Origin: Candidatus Latescibacterota bacterium
Lineage (GTDB): Bacteria > Latescibacterota > CBDEFO01
Assembly: GCA_965237525.1 (NCBI GenBank)
Contig: CBDEFO010000008.1
Location: forward strand, 1,472,001-1,536,000
Direction: 5' to 3'
DNA length: 64,000 bases
The position numbers and the translations under genes are program-made. Positions 10,302 to 19,580 of this stretch are shown in pieces. A model generated the notes under the pieces. That model was not told the origin of the DNA and made no database searches. It saw only the letters and a program-made list of their open reading frames with translations. Every line of letters begins with the position of its first letter. Position 1 is the first letter of the stretch.

Positions 10302-10330
10302 TTGACTTTGCATCGCCATAGTGTTATACT
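10302..10330 (+). promoter_or_regulatory. Sigma70-type promoter stranded between two IS copies
   Basis: TTGACT-17 bp-TATACT. Confidence 0.6.
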
Positions 10331-10517
10331 ATTAGCCTGTGTGTCTGTCCCTGAATAGCTACTCTAGAAATTTACCTATATGTCGAAGGCGATGGGGAAC
10401 TTTTTCAGAAAAACTCCCAATTTTGCCTTCTAACTGGAAGGGTTTTTAGAATCACCGTATCGATACTTCTTGTCCTTAAGTAAGAAGATACTTGATGTGT
10501 TTTTTGATAGGTATTAG

Positions 10518-12036
10518 AAGCCTTGTGAAATAGTTATGTCCCAGGCAGCGTCTGAAGCGCCGATTATGGGTCAAAGAGTAGCATATCGTATCGTTTTGCT
10601 GTGGAATAAGCAAAATAGTCTTATCAGAGTTCTGGTCAGCAAGGAACAGGAGCTGTTTGAAGAACAGGATGCACTGTCTTTGACAGACAGGGCACACATA
10701 GACGCTTTCCCCCTTCTTATGAAAGATACAAGCCTCTTGAGATTCTGTACTGTTGCAACAAGATTCAACTGTTCATTCAGTGAGGCTGGTCCTCTATAAC
10801 GGGCTCGTCCCATACCGTGTTGTTGCCTGGCTTCAGCAAAGATATGTTCACTGCGTTTACGGAGTCTCCGGGAGAGTTTGTAGTCAGCTGTTAATGAGAT
10901 AGACCGTGCATGATTTCTGGCTTTCGCCTCTCGCACTTTTCTATCCCGTTCGGCCTGAATATGTGCTGGATTTGTCTTGTTTTTCCATGTAGGAATCGGT
11001 TCAATCTTCTCATCGGCTCGCAGAGGAATATGGGGTATGATTCCCCGGTCAAGTACATCAGCGATAAAATTACCAGAACCGTAACCGGTATCGGCACTAA
11101 GTGTCTGAATGTCTTTGGGCATGGTGTATGTTTCAAGGTCATCTACCATCTTAAGGGCACTTTCGGGCTCTGCTGTCCCTGTCGCCTGCGTGCCCTGAGT
11201 CTCAAGGATTACTCTGCTTTTTGTGTCGATCAGATCATGGCCCATAAACGAGAGAAAAGCCCCTTTGCCCTTCGATTTGCTGTATAAGCGCGCGTCGGGG
11301 TCTGTAGTCGAACGGTGTGTTTGGTTCGTCCACTTTTCACCATGAAAGTCTTTATCCTGAGGATGCCCGGACCTACCCTTTGTCTTATCACCTTCAAAAC
11401 CGATTCCCTTGAGATAATCATCAAGAGAAACAGGGGGTTCTATCGGCTCAATACTTTTCACTGAAGCATCAGCTTGTATCTGAGTGCCGTCGACACTAAG
11501 GTGTTTACCGCTCACAAGACCGACATCTATGCAACACTGGACTACCTGACGCATTATCCGTTCAAACAACCCACTGGATGCCCACTTGTGATTGCGAAGC
11601 TTGTTGATCGTGCTCCTATCCGGAACCGCATCATCAAATGTCTGATGACAAAACAACCGATATGCCGCATGCATCCCCACTTCCTGACAGAGCCGATTCT
11701 CACTCAAATTATACAGATAGCCAATAAGGATCATTCGAACAACTAATTCAGGATCAATACCGGGTCTGCCATTGTCAGGGCAATAACAATCTGATACAAC
11801 GTCTCGTACAAATGAAAAATCAACTGCCTCATCAATCTGACGAAGGATATGATCCTCGGGAACTAAATCCTCCATCTGAAAATAGTGAAACATCGGATTT
11901 GTCTGTTCCTGCTTTTGTGGGGTCATTGTTTCCTCCATGTATAATATTATCAATAACATAATATAATACATCGGAGCTGCTTTATCAATGCTTGTTTTAT
12001 ACTATTTTCTGAATCTAAGGGTTTTTCACAAGGCTT
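10518..12036 (-). mobile_element. IS1182-family insertion sequence, copy 2 (transposase 10571..11971)
   Basis: Near-identical to copy 1 with the same IRs; flanked by TTAG at 10514-10517 and 12037-12040. Confidence 0.9.
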
Positions 12037-13018
12037 TTAGTGTCGACGGCACTCAGATACAAGCTGATGCTTCAGTGAAAAGTATTGAGCCGATAGAACC
12101 CCCTTTTTCTCTTGATGATTATCTCAAGGGAATCGGTTTTGAAGGTGATAAGACAAAGGGTAGGTCCGGGCATCCTCAGGATAAAGACTTTCATGGTGAA
12201 AAGTGGACGAACCAAACACACCGTTCGACTACAGACCCCGACGCGCGCTTATACAGCAAATCGAAGGGCAAAGGGGCTTTTCTCTCGTTTATGGGCCATG
12301 ATCTGATCGACACAAAAAGCAGAGTAATCCTTGAGACTCAGGGCACGCAGGCGACAGGGACAGCAGAGCCCGAAAGTGCCCTTAAGATGGTAGATGACCT
12401 TGAAACATACACCATGCCCAAAGACATTCAGACACTTAGTGCCGATACCGGTTACGGTTCTGGTAATTTTATCGCTGATGTACTTGACCGGGGAATCATA
12501 CCCCATATTCCTCTGCGAGCCGATGAGAAGATTGAACCGATTCCTACATGGAAAAACAAGACAAATTCAGCACATATTCAGGCCGAACGGGATAGAAAAG
12601 TGCGAGAGGCGAAAGCCAGAAATCATGCACGGTCTATCTCATTAACAGCTGACTACAAACTCTCCCGGAGACTCCGTAAACGCAGTGAACATATCTTTGC
12701 TGAAGCCAGGCAACAACACGGTATGGGACGAGCCCGTTACAGAGGACCAGCCTCACTGAATGAACAGTTGAATCTTGTTGCAACAGTACAGAATCTCAAG
12801 AGGCTTGTATCTTTCATAAGAAGGGGGAAAGCGTCTATGTGTGCCCTGTCTGTCAAAGACAGTGCATCCTGTTCTTCAAACAGCTCCTGTTCCTTGCTGA
12901 CCAGAACTCTGATAAGACTATTTTGCTTATTCCACAGCAAAACGATACGATATGCTACTCTTTGACCCATAATCGGCGCTTCAGACGCTGCCTGGGACAT
13001 AACTATTTCACAAGGCTT
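12037..13018 (+). mobile_element. IS1182-family copy 3, inverted and 5'-truncated
   Basis: Begins at the internal TTAGTGTCGACGG site of the element; ends in the IR TTTCACAAGGCTT followed by TTAA. Confidence 0.9.
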
Positions 13019-13037
13019 TTAAGGAGATGAGAAAAAG

Positions 13038-13817
13038 ATGGAAGACGATAAACTCGTTTTAGGCGGCAAGACCTTCACCTCGCGGCTGATTCTGGGTTCA
13101 GGGAAGTACAAAAGCTTCGAGGAGATGGCGCAGGCGTTTGAGGTCAGCGGGACAGAGCTTGTGACGGTGGCCATCAGGCGGATTAACCTGAACGATGCGT
13201 CTGGTGAATCTCTTCTGGACTATATTGACAAGGACAGGTACGCCCTCCTTCCCAATACGGCCGGGTGCTACACTGCTAAAGATGCGATACTGACGTGCGA
13301 ATTGGCCCGCGAGGCGCTGGGTACTGGTCTGGTCAAGTTAGAGGTCATAGGGGATGAAAAGACCCTCTTTCCGGACAATAACGCCCTCCTTGAAGCCTCA
13401 GAACACCTCGTTAAGGACGGATTCACAGTCCTCCCCTACACAAATGACGATCCAATCGTATGCAAGAAGCTGGAGGACATAGGCTGTGCTGCCGTTATGC
13501 CGCTGGGGGCGCCGATAGGTTCGGGCCTGGGCATCAGGAATCCCTACAACATCAAGATCATACTTGAGAACGCACAGATCCCGGTCATTGTGGACGCAGG
13601 AGTAGGAACCGCCTCAGATGCCGCTATCGCTATGGAATTAGGCTGCGATGGGGTATTGATGAATACGGGTATCGCTGGCGCAAAGGAACCGATAAAGATG
13701 GCTCGGGCTATGCGCCTGGCCATTGAGTCCGGGAGACTGGCGTATCTAGCGGGCCGAATCCCCAGGAAGCTCTACGCCACTGCCTCAAGTCCTATAGAGG
13801 ATTTGATACAGGCCTGA
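13038..13817 (+). CDS. thiG: Thiazole synthase
   Basis: [53 protein letters not shown]. Confidence 0.97.
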   Translation: MEDDKLVLGGKTFTSRLILGSGKYKSFEEMAQAFEVSGTELVTVAIRRINLNDASGESLLDYIDKDRYALLPNTAGCYTAKDAILTCELAREALGTGLVKLEVIGDEKTLFPDNNALLEASEHLVKDGFTVLPYTNDDPIVCKKLEDIGCAAVMPLGAPIGSGLGIRNPYNIKIILENAQIPVIVDAGVGTASDAAIAMELGCDGVLMNTGIAGAKEPIKMARAMRLAIESGRLAYLAGRIPRKLYATASSPIEDLIQA

Positions 13818-14434
13818 TGAGTTCGGTGGATTTCAGGCTCTATCTCATAACAGACCGCAGGCAGTGTCGAGCAGGACAACTCACTGAGGTCTTAAAGGAT
13901 GCTTGCAAGGCCGGCGTCAGGGCTGTGCAGATCAGGGAGAAAGACCTCAACCCGACAGATCTTTTCCGGCTTGGATCGGATGTGAAGGAGGTTGAAGCCC
14001 GTATTTTGATAAACGACAGAGCCGACATAGCCCGCGCCCTCGGGGCTTCGGGAGTCCACCTGACCGAAAGGAGCATCCCTCCCGATGAAGCGAGAAAGAG
14101 CCTCACAGACGGTTCTCTTATAGGCGTCTCGACCCACGATATAGAGGGAGCGATGCGCGCACAGGAGCACGGAGCGGACTTTGTGACCTTCGGCCCCGTA
14201 TTTGCGACCGAGTCTAAGTTCAAGTATGGCCCACCTGTCGGGCTAAAGCTCCTTGAGGAGACAGCAAAGAGGCTCAGAATACCGATCTTCGCTTTAGGAG
14301 GTGTGAGGCCCGAAAGGGTAGCAGAGTGCTTGGATGTCGGAGCTTACGGAGTAGCCTGCATCTCAGCGGTCATAGCGGCGCCGGACGTGGCAAAAGCTGT
14401 AGGTTCTTTTGAAGAGGTGTTGGGAGGGCTTTAA
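13817..14434 (+). CDS. thiE: Thiamine-phosphate synthase (ThiE/TenI family)
   Basis: LYLITD; VQIREK; INDRADIA; GVSTH; GPVFATESK; ALGGV; coupled to thiG (TGATG). Confidence 0.85.
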   Translation: MSSVDFRLYLITDRRQCRAGQLTEVLKDACKAGVRAVQIREKDLNPTDLFRLGSDVKEVEARILINDRADIARALGASGVHLTERSIPPDEARKSLTDGSLIGVSTHDIEGAMRAQEHGADFVTFGPVFATESKFKYGPPVGLKLLEETAKRLRIPIFALGGVRPERVAECLDVGAYGVACISAVIAAPDVAKAVGSFEEVLGGL

Positions 14435-14501
14435 AAAACGCCAGAAATAGGACACAGACGCCCCCTTTTGTTAGAACTTTCCGTTCTATACGATTTTGGA
14501 G

Positions 14502-14530
14502 TTGACAAGAGGGGGCTTCGTCTATATAGT
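14502..14530 (+). promoter_or_regulatory. Sigma70-type promoter of the Dual-OB/DUF488 operon
   Basis: TTGACA-17 bp-TATAGT, 84 bp before the first gene. Confidence 0.7.
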
Positions 14531-14613
14531 GAGACAGGTCATATGAAATCGCAGTAACGTTGTTCTACACTGTCGTACGGAATTATGGAGATGTTCAAAG
14601 GAGCGGTTAATCA

Positions 14614-15327
14614 ATGAAAAAGACGATCTTCGTGACCGGTGTGACAAGGATGAGAGAGGGATTCGTATGTGTAAGCGGTTTGGATGAAGCTGGTAACTTC
14701 GTGCGACCTGAGATTTACTACCCTGAAAGACCAGGGATAAAGAAAGAGTATCTTTATGTCGACGAACGAGCAGTGATCAAGCCACTTGTTAACGTGGAAC
14801 TGGAGTTTTTAAAACACATTCCTAAATCCGCGTACCACACGGAAGACTGGTTAATTGACGGGAATGTTCCACCTAAATTTGTATCCACTCCCACGGCGGA
14901 AGAACTCAAACTTATCCTCAATCGACACACTGATCCCTCATTAGAACAAGCATTAGCCGACCAAGGACGTTCACTTGTTATTGTCCGATCGCGAGAAGTT
15001 CCTGACATTAAGATCGGGCTGTGGGAAGATCAGCTCAGGTGCCACTTGTCTTTTTATGATGAAGCTGGTGATCATCATGGACATGTACGTGTGACAGATG
15101 CAAACTGGTTGGCAGTTTGCAAACATTTTTGGCAAAAGGATAGGCAACATATAAACCAACAATTAACCAAAGCCTTGCAAGGCAAGGAAATATTCATCAG
15201 AATTGGAATAGCACGAGAATGGAAGGGACAAAACTGGCGGCAGGTATCCGGTATCTTCTCAATACCAGATTGGCTAGGCGGCAAGTCCTTTGCCGACTGG
15301 GGCTATGACTTTACTGATGACGTATAG
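14614..15327 (+). CDS. Dual OB-fold-like domain protein
   Basis: N-terminal VTRMREGFVCVSG...FVRP; PxxxYHTEDW; RSLVIV; VRVTD; C-terminal IRIGIAR...QVSGIF. Pattern matches my recollection of Dual-OB proteins found beside DUF488 genes. Confidence 0.65.
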   Translation: MKKTIFVTGVTRMREGFVCVSGLDEAGNFVRPEIYYPERPGIKKEYLYVDERAVIKPLVNVELEFLKHIPKSAYHTEDWLIDGNVPPKFVSTPTAEELKLILNRHTDPSLEQALADQGRSLVIVRSREVPDIKIGLWEDQLRCHLSFYDEAGDHHGHVRVTDANWLAVCKHFWQKDRQHINQQLTKALQGKEIFIRIGIAREWKGQNWRQVSGIFSIPDWLGGKSFADWGYDFTDDV

Positions 15328-15339
15328 GAGGTATCCTTC

Positions 15340-15891
15340 GTGGGAAAGCCTGAGAGATCTAAAGCGAAAAGTTTTGATTTAGTGCTATTTACTATTGGCC
15401 ATTCAAATCATACGTCCGAGCATTTTCTTGAACTGTTAAGAAATCATAATATAGTTTGCGTAGTTGATGTGAGAAGTGTTCCGTTCAACAAATACAGCCA
15501 GCATTTTGCAAAAGATAGTTTATCCTCTGAACTGCCACGGAACGGAATTGAATATATCTGGATGGGGGATAACTTAGGGGGCCGGAGAGATGACTTGCAA
15601 ACTTCGCTGCGCATGAGGCGTAATGATAAGTACGATGAGAACCCTGGATACCATCGTGGAGTAATAGAGCTTATGCGAAAAGCCCTTAGCAAGCCCACAG
15701 TTGTAATGTGCAGTGAAGAGGATCCTCGCAAATGTCATCGCCACAAGATTATTGCCCAAACTTTATTGCATAGGCGACTTCCGGAGTGCCACAAACTTGA
15801 CAGCACAAAGGTTGTTCACATCCGCGGCGATGGAGGGACAGAAGACGCTCGCTCTATCCCGGTATCTTTCCAACTATCGCTATTCGAGTAA
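15340..15891 (+). CDS. DUF488 family protein (copy A)
   Basis: LFTIGHSN; VVDVRSVP; LGGR; MCSEEDPRKCHR; VVHI. Confidence 0.9.
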   Translation: MGKPERSKAKSFDLVLFTIGHSNHTSEHFLELLRNHNIVCVVDVRSVPFNKYSQHFAKDSLSSELPRNGIEYIWMGDNLGGRRDDLQTSLRMRRNDKYDENPGYHRGVIELMRKALSKPTVVMCSEEDPRKCHRHKIIAQTLLHRRLPECHKLDSTKVVHIRGDGGTEDARSIPVSFQLSLFE

Positions 15892-15901
15892 GTGAGAAAA
15901 T

Positions 15902-16339
15902 ATGAGAACCCTGTACACTATTGGCTTTACCAAGAAATCAGCGCAGGATTTTTTTGAATTATTGGCACAAGCAGGGGTAGAGATAGTGGCAGATGTCCGC
16001 CTCAACAACACTGGTCAATTGGCCGGATTCACGAAGAAAAAGGACTTACAATATTTCCTAAGTCTTATAGGAATTAAATACGAACATTGGTCTCAATTTG
16101 CACCAACAAAGGATATTCGAAGCAAGTATCATACTGATTGCAATTGGGAGGAGTATGAACGTTCATATAGGAAGCTTGTTGAACATAGGGAGGCTTTGGA
16201 TCAGCTAGATACATCACTGCTTCAAAGGAAAAGAACCTGTCTACTCTGTTCTGAACCTACACCTGAAAATTGCCATCGTCGAATTGCAGCGGAGATAGTA
16301 GCTAACAAAATAAGGGATATGGAAATAGTTCATCTTTGA
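15902..16339 (+). CDS. DUF488 family protein (copy B, different subtype)
   Basis: LYTIGFTKKSA; DVRLNNTGQLAGFTKKKDL; LLCSEPTPENCHRR; EIVHL. Confidence 0.9.
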   Translation: MRTLYTIGFTKKSAQDFFELLAQAGVEIVADVRLNNTGQLAGFTKKKDLQYFLSLIGIKYEHWSQFAPTKDIRSKYHTDCNWEEYERSYRKLVEHREALDQLDTSLLQRKRTCLLCSEPTPENCHRRIAAEIVANKIRDMEIVHL

Positions 16340-16390
16340 ATATTGTGGCTTTGTAAAGCAGAGTGATTTAGTTAGCGAAAGGAAGCGACG

Positions 16391-16516
16391 ATGGACAGTG
16401 CAACAAAACACTTGAAGGTGCTCTTTACCTTATTCCTGGCAGCTTTGGCAGTCGCGCTCCCCTCACCTGCAATGGCACAAGAGGTGCAGACTAAGGACTG
16501 CGTCACCTGTCATTAG
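16391..16516 (+). pseudogene. Truncated c-type cytochrome (signal peptide plus one CxxCH, then stop)
   Basis: MDSATKHLKVLFTLFLAALAVALPSPAMAQEVQTKDCVTCH*, preceded by AAGGAAG. Confidence 0.6.
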
Positions 16517-16688
16517 GGGCAATAACTTCAGCCAGATAAGGCTACAAGTGGGCATTATATCTACAAACGGAGAATCTCTCTGTCTAATAGTATATCAAAG
16601 GTGAGTGCTAAGGTGCTCACCTTTTGTGATGGAAACGTTTAGATGTCACTGAAAATGTCAAAGGGAACGATCAGGAGGGAAAAACAGG

Positions 16689-16940
16689 ATGCGTCAAGCA
16701 GCGCCGCACGGCTCCTGGAGGTCGCCGATTACGTCAGATCTGATCGTCTCCGAAAGTGTCTTGCTTGGTGAGATTAAACTTGACGGCGAAGACGTTTACT
16801 GGATCGAGATACGCCCGGTGGAGGGCGGCAGGAACGTCATAGTGCGGAGGACTCCAGATGGGCGAACGGCCGATGTTACGGCGTTTCCCTTCAACGCCCG
16901 CACGCGCGCCCACGAGTACGGGGGCGGAGCCTTCGCTGTT
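16689..16940 (+). pseudogene. 5' fragment of an S9 peptidase, duplicate of 20695..
   Basis: About 84 codons plus RBS match 20680-20946; homology ends at GGGAFAV. Confidence 0.9.
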
Positions 16941-16978
16941 GATGCGCGCCGTTAGGCCACTTAGCGAGATCGCTTGCC

Positions 16979-17560
16979 ATGACGTCGTTTTCGTCCTTAC
17001 TAACTGAGGTTCGAGCCTGCACCATCTGCGAGGATCACTTACCGCTCGGTCCTCGGCCTGTCCTTCAGTTGCACCCGAAGGCAAGGGTTCTGATTGCGGG
17101 GCAAGCGCCAGGCAAAAAGGTTCATGAATCAGGCGTGCCGTTCGATGACGCCAGCGGAAATCGCTTGCGCGGGTGGATGGGTGTGACACGCGAAGTGTTC
17201 TACGACCCGGAGCAGATCGCGATTCTGCCGATGGGCTTCTGCTTCCCTGGTTCAGGAAAGTCGGGAGACCTTCCACCACGACCCGAGTGTGCCCCTGCTT
17301 GGCGCGAACAGCTTCTTGGACATCTTGGCCACCTGGAGGTCACGTTGGTGCTCGGACAGTTCGCGCAGGCCTACCACTTCGGTAAAGCGAGTTCGTCCCT
17401 AACCGAACTGGTGAAGTCGTGGCGTACCTATTGGCCACAAATGGTTCCGCTTCCACACCCCAGCCCGCGAAACAACCTTTGGCTGCGCCGAAATCCGTGG
17501 TTCGAGGCCGAGCTGCTCCCATCGCTTCGGACACGTGTGTCAGAGGTTCTTGCCCGATGA
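16979..17560 (+). CDS. Uracil-DNA glycosylase family protein (cassette 1)
   Basis: IAGQAPG; PFDDASGNRLR; MGFCFPG; PLPHPSPRN. Core site GTTAGGC at 16951. Confidence 0.9.
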   Translation: MTSFSSLLTEVRACTICEDHLPLGPRPVLQLHPKARVLIAGQAPGKKVHESGVPFDDASGNRLRGWMGVTREVFYDPEQIAILPMGFCFPGSGKSGDLPPRPECAPAWREQLLGHLGHLEVTLVLGQFAQAYHFGKASSSLTELVKSWRTYWPQMVPLPHPSPRNNLWLRRNPWFEAELLPSLRTRVSEVLAR

Positions 17561-17564
17561 GCGG

Positions 17565-17654
17565 GGTTAACAACGGCATGTAGCGGACACAGCCTGCGCG
17601 AGATAATACATTGGAGATAGCTTTGCTGGGCCGCTCAGCTCGCAGCCTTTAGCT
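17565..17654 (+). other. attC-like site (degenerate)
   Basis: GGTTAAC-AACGGCATGTAGCGGAC...GGCCGCTCAGCTCGCAGCC-TTTAGCT; inner arms GCGGACACAGC and GCTGGGCCGC pair. Confidence 0.7.
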
Positions 17655-17695
17655 GCCATCATTTTTGCACGGATGCAAAAGGAGGTCATGCCGGT

Positions 17696-18202
17696 ATGCT
17701 TTGTCCTCGGATAATTGACCCCAATAGGGATAAAGACCTGGTGTTAGAATTCCATTGTCGTATCAATTATGAATGCGAGAGTTGGTGGGCCAAAGAGCTA
17801 CCTTATGACCAGTATCGGCAAAAATGGCTGAATACCTCCCAGCCAGCAGGGTTTTTCTCGAGTCTTATAGAATCTATGTCAGACAAGCGGACGATTGCTG
17901 AGATTTGGGAAATAAATGGTCTACCAATAGCCTATCCTTGGGTGACTTTTACCGATGTAGAGGACTATGATTTTACTTTTGCTGAAATAAACGATATGGC
18001 CGTACGGGATCAATATCAAAGGCAAGGGATCGGAACGAGAATGTTTGAGCACATCGAACAATTAGCGAGAGAACGAGGGGCGCAGGTATTACGATCTGAG
18101 ACAGGTATCGAAAATAAGGTATCTGAATATTTCCACCGGCACTTTGGATTCAAGCCTTATCGAATTCAATATGAACAGCTTCTGGTCGAAAGGCCTATCT
18201 GA
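17696..18202 (+). CDS. GNAT family N-acetyltransferase (cassette 2)
   Basis: AVRDQYQRQGIGTRM acetyl-CoA motif; bounded by TTAGCTGCC (17649) and its inverse GGCAGCTAAC (18246). Confidence 0.85.
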   Translation: MLCPRIIDPNRDKDLVLEFHCRINYECESWWAKELPYDQYRQKWLNTSQPAGFFSSLIESMSDKRTIAEIWEINGLPIAYPWVTFTDVEDYDFTFAEINDMAVRDQYQRQGIGTRMFEHIEQLARERGAQVLRSETGIENKVSEYFHRHFGFKPYRIQYEQLLVERPI

Positions 18203-18340
18203 CACGTGAATAAGCTTTGCCATAGGTCTTCCTGTATTGAGTATAGGCAGCTAACTATCGCATGAAGGCAAACGCGAGGGGCGTGGCGTAGTTTTCTGGA
18301 ATGGTGCGAAAGGGATGTTTGGAGCACCTCCTTATTCAGG

Positions 18341-18494
18341 CTGTATATAATTCCTCAAAGCTTATGATAGTTATGACTTAACAGAATGATACTTTTGATA
18401 TTATGGGTTTCTTCTTAATATTTCAGTGGGGTCTTATAAAGGTCAAATAGCTGTATTTAGGTTCTTAACATAGAAAACTGTACAAGCCCTAGTT
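18341..18494 (+). repeat. AT-rich attI-like region, copy 1
   Basis: About 155-bp direct repeat of 19412..19566; similarity ends exactly at CCCTA-GTT, continuing as the core site GTTAGCC. Confidence 0.75.
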
Positions 18495-18531
18495 AGCCCC
18501 GACAACAACGTAGTGGAAGACTGTATATAGG

Positions 18532-19203
18532 ATGGAAATCAATAAAATATTACTGAATCCGCCTTCAATTGCTCGCGCCTTGGGAGCCGTAGCTTTTCTT
18601 CTGGTTCTGGCTAGTATCGCGGGGCAGTTGGCGCGTTTCCTGGCTGGGCATGACCATGTTTATGGACTTGTCCCGTTATATAGCCTCTAATCTGAACATA
18701 ATATCCCGACCGGTTTCTCTACGCTTCTGCTTCTTTTTGCAGCTCTACTTCTTGCGGTCATCACCGTACTTGAAAGAAAACAAACCGGTTCTCCCGTGTT
18801 GCATTGGGCAACCCTTTCAATTGGATTCTTGGTCATGGCAGCTGATGAGGCATTCTCATATCATGAGCGGTTGGTTCAGCCGGAACGCCAATTGTTGGGC
18901 CATGACAATCTCGGCTTCTTTTATTTCACTTGGGTCATTTTTGCCATCCCACTTGTACTCGTTCTTGCGTTGTTCTTCTTGAGATTCTTGTTGCGTCTTC
19001 CTGCGAGCACGAGGTTCGCCTTCTTGATAGCTGCAACCCTCTACATCGGGGGCGTCATTGTTCTCGAGATGATCGGGGGTCGCTTCGCTGAACTGCACGG
19101 GACACGTAATTTGAGGTGGAGCGTGCTTGCAACTGTTGAGGAGTGCCTCGAGATGGCAGGCGTTATCATATTTATCTGGGCGCTGCTGGTATATATTGCT
19201 TAG
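18532..19203 (+). pseudogene. Multi-pass membrane protein with an in-frame stop (cassette 3)
   Basis: ATG 18532 MEINKILLNP...; in-frame TAA at 18688; the frame continues into ORF 18796..19203. Confidence 0.8.
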
Positions 19204-19320
19204 AACTTTAAAGAAGTGCGATTTCGGATTGAATGAGTACGTGGGAAGCCACGAAGGCGATCCCCTAGGACCTTCTAAATAAAATGCGGTTGCTTAATAG
19301 ATGTCGCTTTCCACGAGGGC

Positions 19321-19380
19321 ACTACACACGTTCTAAACCGTGGTGGAAGGGGAGTGATAAGTCCTGCTGACAATCTGTAG
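19321..19380 (+). pseudogene. intI: C-terminal relic of an integron integrase (IntI)
   Basis: Translates as TTHVLNRGGRGVISPADNL*, matching the IntI-type ending YTHVLNRGGxGVxSPxD. Confidence 0.75.
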
Positions 19381-19411
19381 GAATTGATGTTGAATTGGGG
19401 TTTTATACAGT

Positions 19412-19566
19412 CTGTATATAATTCCTACAAAACTTATGATAATTATGACTCAACAAAATGATATTTTTAATATTACAGGTTTTTTCTTAATATTTCAGTC
19501 GGGTCTTATATAGCTCAAATAGCTGTATATAAGTTCTTAGCATAGAAAACTGTATAAGCCCTAGTT
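19412..19566 (+). repeat. AT-rich attI-like region, copy 2
   Basis: Repeat of 18341..18494; directly follows the IntI relic; ends CCCTA-GTT(GTGC). Confidence 0.75.
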
Positions 19567-19580
19567 GTGCGGCCACACAG

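Noticed and set aside
10385..10430. Fluoride riboswitch-like start GGCGATGG
   Set aside because: The downstream conserved pairing elements are absent; it reads as a simple hairpin with no cognate gene.
11988..12965. 325-aa ORF as a functional transposase
   Set aside because: It is a chimera of the copy-2 terminus and truncated copy 3, and lacks the N-terminal domain.
14473..14487. AGAAC-N5-GTTCT as a LexA box
   Set aside because: The spacer is 5 rather than the 4 of the GAAC-N4-GTTC type, and the box for this lineage is unknown to me.
18688..18690. Stop-codon recoding in cassette 3
   Set aside because: The stop is TAA and neighbouring genes use the standard code.
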